This document shows positions 24,620 to 35,260 of a stretch of DNA of 49,413 nucleotides, one piece after another; the first letter of the stretch is position 1; every line of letters begins with the position of its first letter. The notes under the pieces were generated by a model, which ran no database searches, had not been told where the DNA came from, and saw only the letters and a list, made by a program, of their open reading frames with translations. Source of the DNA: a virus. The stretch lies in the IMG/VR virus record IMGVR_UViG_2582580504_000002, one strand, 5' to 3'. The translations under genes and the position numbers were made by a program.

Positions 24620-25378
24620 ATGGCAGCACCAGACGAGTTCCACGACGACGTCCATCCTGACGCCCGGGAGATCACGGGCGATCGCCGGTACGGCGAGTGG
24701 GGACAGTGCGTCGCGACCGCCAAGTCGACCGGCGAGCGCTGCCGTGGCTACGCTCAGGGCCCGCACGGGAAGTGTTCGACTCACGGTGGCTCCGAGGACT
24801 CCGGGGCCCCCGAGGGCAACTCGAACGCCGAGGGGAACGCCGGCGGTGACGGCGCCGAGGAGGGGAACACTCGAGCGGTCACCCACGGCGCCTACGCTGA
24901 CGAGAACTCCTTCTATCAGGACGTCCTCGATGACGATCTCCGCGACCTCGTCGACGATATCTGCGAGGACTACACCGAGCGCTACGAGCAGCGCCACGGT
25001 GAAGAACCGCCCGTCGGCCTCGAGATGGAGCTGTTCCGACTCTCGGTCTCCCACGTCAAGGACGTCGTCCTCGATCGGTGGGCGACCGAGAAGCCGGACA
25101 GCCTCGAGTCAGGGAACCCGTTGGTCGACCGCGAGACGGAGCGGGACTTCAACCCCGAAGACGGATCGGTCGTCGTCGAGTCGTACAAGGAATCGGTCGT
25201 CCTCACCGCACAGAAGCGCCTCTCGACCGACCGCCGGCAGTGGCTGAAGGATCTCGGCCTCCTGGACGATCCCGAGTCCCAGAAGGCCGAGGCGATGGAG
25301 GGCGGCTTCGAGTTCACGCTCTCGAGCGAGGACAAGCAGGAACTCGAGAATCGGTACGACGCTGAACCACAGACATGA
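24620..25378 (+). CDS. terS: Terminase small subunit
   Basis: CSTHGG..GAPEGNSNA..NTRAVTHGAY motifs; directly upstream of TerL. Confidence 0.82.
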   Translation: MAAPDEFHDDVHPDAREITGDRRYGEWGQCVATAKSTGERCRGYAQGPHGKCSTHGGSEDSGAPEGNSNAEGNAGGDGAEEGNTRAVTHGAYADENSFYQDVLDDDLRDLVDDICEDYTERYEQRHGEEPPVGLEMELFRLSVSHVKDVVLDRWATEKPDSLESGNPLVDRETERDFNPEDGSVVVESYKESVVLTAQKRLSTDRRQWLKDLGLLDDPESQKAEAMEGGFEFTLSSEDKQELENRYDAEPQT

Positions 25379-27036
25379 GTCAGGCGACGTCCCCGCAGCA
25401 GCAGGAGTTTGGACCGGATCACGCCCTGGCCCATCCGGCGAACGCATCGGAGATACTTTTCGACTACCCGCATGCGCCAGGCCCGCACCTCCAGAAGCTG
25501 TACACGCTGCTCTGGAAGGCCGTCGACGAAGACTACCCAAACGCCTCGACACGGATCGCGGCGCTGCTTCCTCGAGGCGAGGGGAAGAGCGAGGGCGGCG
25601 GCGTGGTCATCCCGACATGGCTGATCCTCCGGTTCCCTTGGATCCGGATCGCGGTCATCTCGAAGACGAAAGACCTGGCCGCCGAGCGGACGGCGAAGGT
25701 CGTCGACCGCGTCGACCACTACGCGCCTCACTTCGGGATCGAACTCGAGCAACCGCTCCCAAGTACCGAACTCGACACGGCCGAGAACGATCACAAGGAG
25801 TCGACGATCGCCCCGTACGGTCTCGAGAGCCAGGTCACCGGGAAGCACTTCGACGTCATCATCTGGGACGACATCGCGGACTGGGAGAACCAGCGGACCG
25901 AGACGCAGCGCCGAAACGTCCGGTCGTTCTTCCGTGACTACGAGAAGAACCTCCCCGATGGTGACACCGATCTCCCGAACGGGCCGGTCCAGCTGATGAT
26001 CGGCACCCGGAAGCACCCGCAGGACCTCTACGAGACGGACATCCTGTCCTCGAACCGGTGGAACACGATGGTCCACAAGGCCATCGCCGAGGAGGACTGG
26101 CCGCTCGTCGAGAACCGCGACTGGAAGGTCCGGGGGACCGACGGGGAGATCTACGACGGCGTCGCCGACTTGCCGCCGGGCGTCAACGTCGCCCCCGACG
26201 GCGTGATCCCGAACCGCGACGTCACCGTCATCTGGCCGGAACACCGGCCACCCGAGTCTGTCCTGTACGACCTCGTCGATAGCGAGGACTCGACGGCGAT
26301 CTGGCGGCGCGAGAACCAGCAGGATCCGGAGGCACTCTCCGGCGAGGTCTTCGAGAGCGACTGGCTGGTCTACGAGGACGCGCTCCCGAAGCCACCCTCG
26401 AGCTACCGGTGGGTCGCCGGCGTCGACGTCGGCGTTGTGGAGGACCTCCAGGAAGCGGCCCAGGGCGACTCGGACTTTTCGGCGCTGGCGATCGTCGCCG
26501 AAGACCGCTCGGATGATGCCGCGTACCTCTGCGGGCTCTTCCACGAGCGCGGGATGTCGGTCAAGCAGACGGCCGACTGGGCACTCGACCACCTCGAGAT
26601 GTTCGCCCGCGCTGACGACCGCCATGACGGTACCACTCTCGCCGACGTCGTCGACGATACGCTCGTGGAGGACGTCGGGCTCGAGACGCCGCACACGCTT
26701 TACTCCGAGATCCAGGTTGAGGCCAACAAGGCACCGGGCGTCGCCCAGCGGATGCGTGACTCGTCACGGTACCCTGCAGTCCCTGTGCAGTCGACGTCCG
26801 ACAAGGAAGGCCGGATCCACGATCTCGGTGCGAAGTTCGAGGCGGCCGAACTGCGGATAATCGGTGATCCGAACGCCGAGCGATGGCGGACGTTCGAGAC
26901 GGAGGAGTGGCTGCAGTTCCCGAACGCCGCCCACGACGATCGCCTGGACTCGATCGAGTTGGCGATGCGCGTCATCACGGGCGGCGGACAGAGCGAACTC
27001 AGCCAGTCCGAACACTCCTTCGACGATATCTTTTAA
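25375..27036 (+). CDS. terL: Terminase large subunit
   Basis: PRGEGKS Walker A, FDVIIWDD Walker B, GTRKH coupling motif, GVDVG and HDDRLDS nuclease aspartates. Confidence 0.95.
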   Translation: MSQATSPQQQEFGPDHALAHPANASEILFDYPHAPGPHLQKLYTLLWKAVDEDYPNASTRIAALLPRGEGKSEGGGVVIPTWLILRFPWIRIAVISKTKDLAAERTAKVVDRVDHYAPHFGIELEQPLPSTELDTAENDHKESTIAPYGLESQVTGKHFDVIIWDDIADWENQRTETQRRNVRSFFRDYEKNLPDGDTDLPNGPVQLMIGTRKHPQDLYETDILSSNRWNTMVHKAIAEEDWPLVENRDWKVRGTDGEIYDGVADLPPGVNVAPDGVIPNRDVTVIWPEHRPPESVLYDLVDSEDSTAIWRRENQQDPEALSGEVFESDWLVYEDALPKPPSSYRWVAGVDVGVVEDLQEAAQGDSDFSALAIVAEDRSDDAAYLCGLFHERGMSVKQTADWALDHLEMFARADDRHDGTTLADVVDDTLVEDVGLETPHTLYSEIQVEANKAPGVAQRMRDSSRYPAVPVQSTSDKEGRIHDLGAKFEAAELRIIGDPNAERWRTFETEEWLQFPNAAHDDRLDSIELAMRVITGGGQSELSQSEHSFDDIF

Positions 27037-27039
27037 ACC

Positions 27040-29298
27040 ATGTCACGGAACCCACAGCCCGGCGAGGACGCGTTCATCCACCCGCAGTACAGTAAGCGGC
27101 TGGCCAAGCAGAGCGCACTCGCCGGCCTTTCGACACAGACTGAACCGACACCTGACCCAAGCGGGGATAAGGAACACGAAGTCGGCGGGATCGTCCGACG
27201 GGCTAACGAGTTCCGGACCAACCTCGGCCCGGTCGCACTCGAGTCGATCGGCCTGCACGGGATGGAGATCTCGAAGGCGATCAAGCAGCGCGCCGACGAA
27301 CTCTACCGCAACCAGTTCCCGCGGTTCGAGCCCCGCTTTACCCGGAAGTGTACCGACTGCGGCTGTGAGTACGACGAGGAGATCGAGCGCTGCGACGAGT
27401 GTAACGCCCCGACCCGAGAACCGTCCCAGCAGCAGCGGACGGACGCCGAGGAGTTCTTCCGATCGGTCAACCGGGAGGGTCAGAGCCTACGCGAACTCTA
27501 CAAGTTCCTCGCTCGAGACGCGGGCCGCCTCGGCGTCTGGGTACACGTCGTCAAGAAGACCTACGGCGTCATCAACGGCGAGGTGATCGAGCGGATCGAC
27601 GAACTCGTTCGTGCGGATTCGAAGCGGATCAAGCCGGTCGTCGACACGAACGGCCGCATCGGGGGCCACTGGTGGGCCTGTCCAGTCCATCGGCCTCCGC
27701 ACGGAGATCACGACGTCGCCGAGGGGCCTGGTCGGTGCGACGAGTGTGGCGCCGATCTCCGCGAGGTTCACTTCGCGGAGGTTGAGGAGATTTCCGACGA
27801 CGAGCCGACGAAGGTCTACTTCGAAGACGAGGTCATCACGCATGCTCCGTTCGAGCCGCTGCTCGCCGGGCACGATGGGTTGTCACCGGTCGCCCCGATC
27901 TGGCTGAAGCAGGCGATCCTCGAGTGGATGGACCTCTACGCGGCCGGGTTCTACGATCAGGAGAACACGAACCGGTTCCCGGGCAAGATGGGCTTCGTCC
28001 ACACGACGAACAAGACCGCCGTCGAGAAGCAACTCGAGATGGCCCAGGACGAGAAGGACGAGGACGCCTACGCCCAGGGGTTCATCTACAACGAGATCCC
28101 GAGGGGAGCCGAGGGCTCGACTAACGAGGTCCAGGTCATCGACATGATGTCGGATGAGATCCTCGGCCAGTCCGACCAGCTGAAGAAGGACTACAAGAGC
28201 GACATCCGGTCAGTCTACGGACTGACTGATGCCCAGGACTCTGAACTCGAGGACGCCGGCGGTCTCAACAACGAGGGACTCCAGCTCGAGGTCAACGACC
28301 GAGAGAAGGCGGCCGCCCAGCAGGACCTTCGCGATGGCCCCCTCCAGAAGCTGATGGACGTCCTCGGGTACGACGACTGGCAGCTGACGTTCGTGCCCCC
28401 GCAACGGGAGGAAGAGGAGCCGTCGACGCTCGAGACGATCCAGGCGGCCGCGACGGCCAAGCAGAACGGGATCCCGATCGAGATCGAGGACGGCCAGGTC
28501 GAGATCCTCGACACCGACGGCCCGATGGACGTCGACGATCACGCTGGCGAGGATGCGGCCAGCGACGGGCCCGATGACGACCCTCCAACGGAGGTTGATC
28601 CACCCGACGCATCCGTCGACGTCGAAGCAGCGGGGACAGGAGGCCCTCGGAACGCCGATGAGTCCTACGCCGATCGGGACGAGGCGCTCCGAACGCTCGA
28701 GGAAGGGTTCAAGCACCTCGTCTGGCCGACCAACGACGAACTGATCGGCCTCGAACAGCAGTCCCGTGAACCGTTCTTCGCCGATGACGAGGACATGCCG
28801 CAGTTCGTTGAGGACCTCGTCGAAGAGGCGATCGAGCGCGGTGTGATCCATCTCGGTCAGTACGACGCGGCGAACGTCACGGGCAACGCGGTCAAAGACT
28901 TCCTCGAGGACCAGCTGACCCAGCCGCAGGGCTGGAGCCTCCGCTCGCTGGCCGAGAACTTCGCTGACCGGTGGAAGATCTCCGTCGAGGAAGCGATGGA
29001 CACGCTCCGGCCCCAAGTTGCGAGCGTCCTGAACGAGTCCCGGAAGATCGGCTACGAGCAACTGCCCGAGTCGGACGAACGCCTCTTCAAGTGGATCGGT
29101 CCAGACGACGAGGAGACGACTGACGCCTGCGAGTGGATGAAGAAGCGGACGAACCCGAAGTACGGCGGCGATCCGGTCACGCTCGATGAACTCGAGGATC
29201 TCATCGAGGAGGCCCAATCCCGCTGGTTCCCGTCGTTCAGCGGGGACATGGCGGTTCACTACAACGAACGCCACACGTTCGTGCAGCACTACGACTGA
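27040..29298 (+). CDS. Portal protein fused to a MuF/gp7-like head morphogenesis domain
   Basis: Follows TerL; portal-like core (GLSPV, ..VYGL); C-terminal FKWIGPDDEETTDAC...HYNERH; two zinc-ribbon insertions. Confidence 0.85.
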   Translation: MSRNPQPGEDAFIHPQYSKRLAKQSALAGLSTQTEPTPDPSGDKEHEVGGIVRRANEFRTNLGPVALESIGLHGMEISKAIKQRADELYRNQFPRFEPRFTRKCTDCGCEYDEEIERCDECNAPTREPSQQQRTDAEEFFRSVNREGQSLRELYKFLARDAGRLGVWVHVVKKTYGVINGEVIERIDELVRADSKRIKPVVDTNGRIGGHWWACPVHRPPHGDHDVAEGPGRCDECGADLREVHFAEVEEISDDEPTKVYFEDEVITHAPFEPLLAGHDGLSPVAPIWLKQAILEWMDLYAAGFYDQENTNRFPGKMGFVHTTNKTAVEKQLEMAQDEKDEDAYAQGFIYNEIPRGAEGSTNEVQVIDMMSDEILGQSDQLKKDYKSDIRSVYGLTDAQDSELEDAGGLNNEGLQLEVNDREKAAAQQDLRDGPLQKLMDVLGYDDWQLTFVPPQREEEEPSTLETIQAAATAKQNGIPIEIEDGQVEILDTDGPMDVDDHAGEDAASDGPDDDPPTEVDPPDASVDVEAAGTGGPRNADESYADRDEALRTLEEGFKHLVWPTNDELIGLEQQSREPFFADDEDMPQFVEDLVEEAIERGVIHLGQYDAANVTGNAVKDFLEDQLTQPQGWSLRSLAENFADRWKISVEEAMDTLRPQVASVLNESRKIGYEQLPESDERLFKWIGPDDEETTDACEWMKKRTNPKYGGDPVTLDELEDLIEEAQSRWFPSFSGDMAVHYNERHTFVQHYD

Positions 29299-29303
29299 TA
29301 CTC

Positions 29304-29879
29304 ATGGCATTCGCAGGATACGACGACTTCGAGGCATGCGTCCGGGCGCATAGCGATAAGGATGATCCGAAGGCCTACTGCGCGACGATCAAACGCCAGG
29401 TCGAAGGCCAGTCGGTGGAGTTCGCCGACCTCGAGGTCGAGACGTTACTCGAGACGGCGGACGCTCACTCCGATGAGCTGCTGGCGGAGTTCCTCCAGGC
29501 GGCGATCGCCGAACAGGAGGACGTCGAGCAGCAGGCGGAGGGTGACGAGAACCATGTCTTCGGACCAGCGATGGACACTGACGATGCGTTCTATCGCCTC
29601 GGTCCCGATGAAGCCTACTGCGAGGTCGAAGGCGAGGTCTTCGATCAGTTCGAGGATGCAGAGTACGATGACGCCGACCGACGGTGCTGTCCTTACTGCA
29701 GTGAACAACTTCAGGACTACGACAAACTCCACAACTGTAGCGAACAGGCCGTGATCACCGGCCTCTCCCAAGAGGCGATCGACGCGATCGAGCGGCAGTA
29801 CAACGTTGAGATCGATGTGGTCGATGGGGAGGGCAGCGCGGCCCCTACCGACCACAAGAGCCAGCGTTCCGACGAGTAA
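29304..29879 (+). CDS. Head-module protein (FAGYDDFEAC...AYCA motif)
   Basis: Position between portal and protease; Cys motifs at both ends. Confidence 0.7.
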   Translation: MAFAGYDDFEACVRAHSDKDDPKAYCATIKRQVEGQSVEFADLEVETLLETADAHSDELLAEFLQAAIAEQEDVEQQAEGDENHVFGPAMDTDDAFYRLGPDEAYCEVEGEVFDQFEDAEYDDADRRCCPYCSEQLQDYDKLHNCSEQAVITGLSQEAIDAIERQYNVEIDVVDGEGSAAPTDHKSQRSDE

Positions 29880-29900
29880 CCCGACCACTTCTCGAAGTTC

Positions 29901-31469
29901 ATGAGCAAGACGACTACAGCCGCGAGCGGCTCGTTTAGCCCGGTCACTTCGGGCCCTGTTCGGACAGACACTGAGTACGATCTCGAGAACCTCACCGAAG
30001 AGGAACGCGAGGTCGTCACTGCCGACGACTTCATCATCTTCGGCAAGGCGTCGATCGAGCAGTGGAACGACCCGGCGCCGGGCGAGGACCATCTCTACAT
30101 CGAGATGGACGCGCTCGAGGAGCGCCTCGACCAGCTGCTGGCGCTGATGAACCTCTCTCGGCGTCATGACGACGTCAAGGTCGGCGAGTTCCTCGCGGAA
30201 CACACGCTTGACGAACCAACGACGATCCACCTGGATGACGACGAGACGCTGCGTTTCGATGCCGGCGAGACGCTCGAGACGCAGGTCGTCCGCGAAGGTG
30301 AGCCGCTACCTGACGGCAGTGGCACCGCTGACGAGGATGCCCTCTGGATCGTTGCGAACGTCTATGGGCGGTATAGTCCCGACCACCCGCAGGGATCCAT
30401 CCTCGCTCAGGAGACCCGGCTCGGTGCCTACTACGGCCACCTCGACGGGTTCTCTGTCACCGTCCTCACCCGCGAATACGACCGGACGGAGAAGGGCAAG
30501 GTCTCCAAGGCGGTTGACTTCATGGCGGTGACGATCGGTGAGGATGAACTGATCAAGAACAAGGGCTCGCACTTCGGAGTGGCAGAGTTCCAGGCCCTAT
30601 TCGGCGATGCGTCCGAGGCCGATGACGCCGGTACGACACCCCGGCGGCCAGCCAGTGAGGCTGGTCGCAGGACGGCAGAGGACCTCGGTGGATCTCTCCA
30701 ACAGCGACTCACAATGAGTATTTTCAGCCACATCTTCAGCCAGTCGAAGGATAGTCTGGTTGGGGAAACGATTCAGGTTGCACAGCAGAGCGAACAGTCG
30801 CTCCCCGACGCTGCCGCGGACGTGGTCGGTGACGATGGCGATGCCGACCACATCGCACAGCAGGCGGAGGAGAAACTCGAATCGATCGGGGACCGTCTCG
30901 AGCAGGAAGAGATGGACCGCGACGATCTCGCCGCCGAGGTCGCGGACGAACTTGGTATGGACGTCGAGGAAGTTCACAAACTCTTCGAGGAACTCGAGGC
31001 AGCCGTCGCCGCCGAAGAGGGCGACGAGCCCGAGGATCCGGAGGATCCGGGCGACGATCCGGACGAGCCGGATGATGAGCCAGAGCAGGAGCAGCAGGCC
31101 GGGCTCGGCGAGGAAGACGTCCGCAACCTCGTCCAGCAGGAAGTCGGCGACGCCCTTGAGGAACACCTCGGCGACCTCGAGACGCAGTCCGAAGACGGCG
31201 GCGAACCTGGCCCGGACGCGGAGTACGTCACGCAGGAGGAGTTCGACGACCGACTGTCGGACCTCAACCAGCAGCTGGGCGAGACGCTCGACGAGGCCGT
31301 CGACGACGTCGGCGAGTCGGTCGCCGAAAACATCGAACAGCAGCTGGAGACGGGCGGCACTCCCGACCCCTCCGGTGGCAGCGCGACCGCAGAATCGGAC
31401 ATCAAGAGCGAGGTCGAGGGCGTCGTTGACGCCATGACCTTCGGTAGCGGTTCTGGAGGTGACAACTAA
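29901..31469 (+). CDS. Prohead protease with acidic scaffold domain
   Basis: IFGKAS..IEMDAL..RHDDVKVG..GFSV protease-like N-terminus; long acidic coiled C-terminus. Confidence 0.8.
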   Translation: MSKTTTAASGSFSPVTSGPVRTDTEYDLENLTEEEREVVTADDFIIFGKASIEQWNDPAPGEDHLYIEMDALEERLDQLLALMNLSRRHDDVKVGEFLAEHTLDEPTTIHLDDDETLRFDAGETLETQVVREGEPLPDGSGTADEDALWIVANVYGRYSPDHPQGSILAQETRLGAYYGHLDGFSVTVLTREYDRTEKGKVSKAVDFMAVTIGEDELIKNKGSHFGVAEFQALFGDASEADDAGTTPRRPASEAGRRTAEDLGGSLQQRLTMSIFSHIFSQSKDSLVGETIQVAQQSEQSLPDAAADVVGDDGDADHIAQQAEEKLESIGDRLEQEEMDRDDLAAEVADELGMDVEEVHKLFEELEAAVAAEEGDEPEDPEDPGDDPDEPDDEPEQEQQAGLGEEDVRNLVQQEVGDALEEHLGDLETQSEDGGEPGPDAEYVTQEEFDDRLSDLNQQLGETLDEAVDDVGESVAENIEQQLETGGTPDPSGGSATAESDIKSEVEGVVDAMTFGSGSGGDN

Positions 31470-32740
31470 TGCATCCTCATATTCAGCATCTGCACGAACA
31501 GCAGTACACTCCCGGCGGCGCAGCGCGAGGCATGTGGTCCAACCTGTTCTCGAACCTCGAACAGCAGGCCACGTTCGGCACGGATACCGCCGGTCTGGTG
31601 AACGACATCGCTGGCCTGGTCCTCTACAACCAGGTCAACATGAAGAACAACATCCTCGGGGCGCTACCCGAGGTCGATCGGACTGGCGAAGAGCAGATCA
31701 GTCCGGGCGATACGCCGGCGAAGACGTTCCGGTCGATCTTCAACCCGCCGTCGGTCTCCGGCGTTTCCGGTGGCGGCTCGGTCCCGACCGCGACCACTGC
31801 AGACATCCGAAAGGTCTCGGCTGACGTCCGGATCTCCTCGATGGCGGTCGAGAGCGACCTGATCGTCGACATCGAGTCCCGACTCGGTCACGACACGGTC
31901 GGCCTCGAGGAACTGATCGACATCATGCGTGACTACATGACTCGATCGGTCGAACGGGACGCCCTCGCTCGCACGGTCAACGCGTCTGGTAGCACTGCTG
32001 GCGACACGCCGCAGTACGCCGACGACGACCTCCTCCTCACGATCGACCGCGCGATCGCGTCCGAAGACGAGGAGACCAACGGCGTCGACGCGAACGGTGA
32101 CGCGTTCAGCGACGGCGACCTGGACGTCTACGACATCGACCGGAGTGCGACCGGTGCTGGCGGAGACAACGAGGCCAACTGGGCCGACGCGTACGTCGAT
32201 CACAACAGCGGGACGCTCCGCCAGCTGACGGGTGACCGCATCAACACGTTCATCGACAACTACGTCCAGAACGGCAGCGCGGAGCGCGAGAACGTGATGC
32301 TCGTCACGGGCTACAACACGGCTCGTGTCATGTCGGATCTCCGCGACTCGCAGTTCCGGGCCGACGCACTCCAGGCCCCGTCGCGTGAGAGTGTCAACGA
32401 CGCCGAGAGCCGTCTCGGTGCGAACTTCAACGCCCAGATCTCCCACTGGGACAGCATGCCGGTCATCGTCGCCGAGACGGTGCCGACGGACAACAGTGGC
32501 CTCGAGCGCATCTACGCGATGGACCCGACGCCGGCCCAGACCGGTCAGGGCGAGGACGCCCGGCCGAAGATCTCTATCGAGAACTACCGAGCGCCCGACG
32601 TCTGGCGTGCGGGAGTTGATGCTCCGGTCAACCCGCTGGCGACTGGAGAGTTCAAGAACGAAGCGCTGTTCGCGATGTACCACGAACTCGTCGTCCGCGA
32701 CTTCTCGGCGATGGGCAAGCTGCGAGAGATCGAGGAGTGA
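31469..32740 (+). CDS. Major capsid protein (HK97 fold)
   Basis: 423 aa after protease/scaffold; C-terminal WDSMPVIV...IYAMD...MYHELVVRDF pattern. Confidence 0.85.
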   Translation: MHPHIQHLHEQQYTPGGAARGMWSNLFSNLEQQATFGTDTAGLVNDIAGLVLYNQVNMKNNILGALPEVDRTGEEQISPGDTPAKTFRSIFNPPSVSGVSGGGSVPTATTADIRKVSADVRISSMAVESDLIVDIESRLGHDTVGLEELIDIMRDYMTRSVERDALARTVNASGSTAGDTPQYADDDLLLTIDRAIASEDEETNGVDANGDAFSDGDLDVYDIDRSATGAGGDNEANWADAYVDHNSGTLRQLTGDRINTFIDNYVQNGSAERENVMLVTGYNTARVMSDLRDSQFRADALQAPSRESVNDAESRLGANFNAQISHWDSMPVIVAETVPTDNSGLERIYAMDPTPAQTGQGEDARPKISIENYRAPDVWRAGVDAPVNPLATGEFKNEALFAMYHELVVRDFSAMGKLREIEE

Positions 32741-32745
32741 TCATC

Positions 32746-33387
32746 ATGGGTGTCATCGCACTTCAAGACAACATCGAACAAGAACAGAACGGCGAGATCC
32801 GCGGCCTGGAACTCGTCGCACTCCGCTACTCGGGCGACAAAAGCAGCATCGCCACGCGAGGGTCGCTGGCCTCGCAGGGCAAGTGGCCCGGTACGGCACC
32901 GCTCAACAACGGAACGTGGTACTTCGCGCTCGTCCCCGACGAGGGGCTGGCGTACCTCGAGAGCCGAAACGACCTCGATCTCGTCTACGCGGACGATCGC
33001 GAACGGTTCGCCGAAGCGCTGCTCTCGAAGAACCGCCTACCGGACAACGTGTTCGGTCGTGGCGCCGACCCTCGTCTCCGCGATCGCGTCTACGAGGCAC
33101 TCGAGCTGCAGGACCCGGTCGACGGTGGCCGGATCCCAGACCAGCTTCGGAACATCGCCGATATCGACGAGGCTGACGTCGAGGACGACCAGGCTGACGA
33201 CGGTCGTGCAGCAACGCTCGCGTCGGAGTACTCCCGGACACAGCTGAAAGAGGCTGTAAAGGAGGTCCGAGAAGACGCTGACGAGTTCAGCCTTCGCGGC
33301 TCTGGTGTCACGGAGATGGCCGAGTTCCTCGCCGAGAAGGACAACGCGACCGTCCACGACGCGCTCGAAGACGGAGGCGATGACTAA
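32746..33387 (+). CDS. Head-associated hypothetical protein with small helical repeats
   Basis: Position after MCP; SRTQLKEAVKEV..MAEFL helical unit. Confidence 0.7.
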   Translation: MGVIALQDNIEQEQNGEIRGLELVALRYSGDKSSIATRGSLASQGKWPGTAPLNNGTWYFALVPDEGLAYLESRNDLDLVYADDRERFAEALLSKNRLPDNVFGRGADPRLRDRVYEALELQDPVDGGRIPDQLRNIADIDEADVEDDQADDGRAATLASEYSRTQLKEAVKEVREDADEFSLRGSGVTEMAEFLAEKDNATVHDALEDGGDD

Positions 33388-33668
33388 TGGCACCGACCAA
33401 CGCAGGCGTTCTGATGGTCGAGACCGCGACCGTCGCCATCGACTCGCTGACGAACGCGAACAACGAACCGTGGGATCCCGAGGCCAACACCGGTCTGACG
33501 AACGTCGAGTCTGTCGAGATCGTCGGCTACGACTCGGGGACGACCTACACGGTTGCGTGGAATCACATCGACGAACAGTTCGAGTTCGCCGCGATCGCCG
33601 ACGGGACCGACCCCACCGCAGGGACGGACGTCGGTGAAGTGAAGGTCCGCGTCGAAGGACGGCGGTGA
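33387..33668 (+). CDS. Small virion (possible decoration) protein
   Basis: Beta-rich, ends GTDVGEVKVRVEGRR; TAATG overlap. Confidence 0.65.
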   Translation: MAPTNAGVLMVETATVAIDSLTNANNEPWDPEANTGLTNVESVEIVGYDSGTTYTVAWNHIDEQFEFAAIADGTDPTAGTDVGEVKVRVEGRR

Positions 33669-33674
33669 TCGTAG

Positions 33675-33842
33675 ATGCCTGACGACGTCGACGTTATCGA
33701 GTTCCATCCGAACAAGGCCGACGCCGAAGAGGCGATCCAGGCCTGGCTCGACGCGAACAGCGGCATCACGTCGCTCGATGCGACGCCCAAGGTCTACGAG
33801 AAGCGAGGGCGGACAGGTCTCGCGATGATCCACACGGACTGA
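33675..33842 (+). CDS. 55-aa hypothetical protein
   Basis: MPDDVDVIEFHPNKADAEEAIQAWLDANSG..., translated by hand; fills the gap in the operon. Confidence 0.65.
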   Translation: MPDDVDVIEFHPNKADAEEAIQAWLDANSGITSLDATPKVYEKRGRTGLAMIHTD

Positions 33843-33855
33843 TCACTAACCCACT

Positions 33856-34788
33856 ATGCCTCGCCTGAACTACGCGCTCCCGACGGACGTCATTCGCCGG
33901 TTCAATCCTCAGCTCACCCACGACAATCTGGCAAACTGGGAGACCGAACCGGAGAACGCGTTCATCGGCAACGAGGACCTCGAGGTCGTTACGTCGCGCC
34001 TCGAGGGCGTCGAATCGAAGTGGGACCGGAACGCGACACCGATGCGCCCTGTCCGCGTCGGGAGCCGCGACGCACCGATCTACAAGAGTGCGAAAGGCAA
34101 GGGCTTCCCAGTTCACGTCTACCTCGATCACCGTAACATCCACCCGATCGATCCAGACCAGGGCGACGTGATCGAGCGACGGACGGGGCGTGACAGTTGG
34201 ACAGACATCACCAACCGCGAGGGTTCCTCGTGGACTGCTGACTACCGGAAGGGGAAGCTCACCGTGTACACGCTCCCCGGCCGCGGCAACCTCCCGGCGC
34301 TGCGAAACTACCGCGACCGGTTCGTCCGCATCTCGTACCGGCTCGGCGCCGGCGGCGACTACTCGAACGCTGGCCAGACCACCCTCGAGGCAGATCTCTC
34401 AGTAGACCAGACTGGGTCGACGACCGTTTCGGTCGCCGATGCCAGCCGACTCCCACGGACGGGAGATACGATGCTCGTCGGTGGCTCGGAGTACGTCTCA
34501 GTGACCGACGTCGACCACGCGGCCGACGAGATCACGGTCGCCGACCGCGGACTCCGACTCTCCCCGGAGGAATCCCACTCCTCCGGCGAGCCAATCCACT
34601 TCTGCCCGATGGACGTCCGCGAGGCGATCGCGGCGAAGACGGCCCGAGAACTGGTCCTGTACAACGACTGGACGGACGAACTCGTAGAGTCTGGTGATGC
34701 ACCCCGACCAGAGGCGAAGCTCGACAACTGGGAGCAGGAATGGAACGACGCGGTCGGTGACTACGGAAACCTCGGAGGATACCAATGA
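33856..34788 (+). CDS. Head-tail adaptor/connector-like protein
   Basis: Synteny; VRISYRLG and PMDVREAIAAKTA adaptor-like segments. Confidence 0.65.
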   Translation: MPRLNYALPTDVIRRFNPQLTHDNLANWETEPENAFIGNEDLEVVTSRLEGVESKWDRNATPMRPVRVGSRDAPIYKSAKGKGFPVHVYLDHRNIHPIDPDQGDVIERRTGRDSWTDITNREGSSWTADYRKGKLTVYTLPGRGNLPALRNYRDRFVRISYRLGAGGDYSNAGQTTLEADLSVDQTGSTTVSVADASRLPRTGDTMLVGGSEYVSVTDVDHAADEITVADRGLRLSPEESHSSGEPIHFCPMDVREAIAAKTARELVLYNDWTDELVESGDAPRPEAKLDNWEQEWNDAVGDYGNLGGYQ

Positions 34789-35252
34789 CCGAGATCGGAA
34801 GTGACGAACTCGTGCTGGGCCTCGAGGAGGTCTCCGAAGAAGCCGCCCTCGAACTCACCAACCAGTGGTTCTCACTCTCGCAGGAGGAACTCTACGAGCA
34901 GGGTGACGAACACGGGTACGACGTCGCGTCGGTCGCCCAGGCTGCCGTCCCGCCCGAATGGGACGACCAGGAGGGTGCCGGCACCTTCGCGTACATGCAC
35001 GAGGCCGCCCAGTACTTCGAGTTCGGCGCGAAAGAACACGAGATCGAGGCCGTGAATGCTGAGTTCCTCGCGTTCGACTGGCCGGAGATGGAAGGTGAAC
35101 CGTTTGGCGACACTGGGCTGACGTTCGACGAGGTCTTCGAGTCCAGCTGGCCGACCGTCTTCCTCAAGTCTGTCACCCATCCAGGGATGCCGGCACTGCG
35201 GTTCCTCCGCGGCACCCGCGAAGACGTCGCCCGCACAACTGACGAGTCCTGA
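34785..35252 (+). CDS. Neck/tail completion protein (HK97 gp10-like)
   Basis: AQYFEFGAKEH..VTHPGMPALRFLR. Confidence 0.7.
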   Translation: MTEIGSDELVLGLEEVSEEAALELTNQWFSLSQEELYEQGDEHGYDVASVAQAAVPPEWDDQEGAGTFAYMHEAAQYFEFGAKEHEIEAVNAEFLAFDWPEMEGEPFGDTGLTFDEVFESSWPTVFLKSVTHPGMPALRFLRGTREDVARTTDES

Positions 35253-35260
35253 TCCTGACT

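Noticed and set aside
24982-26694. Long antisense ORFs (570 aa here; also 28210-29289, 31664-32683, 36148-37119, 38517-40247, 16746-17597)
   Set aside because: Shadow frames opposite clear genes; Arg/Val/Pro-rich rather than acidic; expected from GC3 bias.
25375-27036. Inteins in terminase or Cdc6
   Set aside because: Normal lengths; no C/S...HN-C/S/T splice junctions or LAGLIDADG blocks seen.
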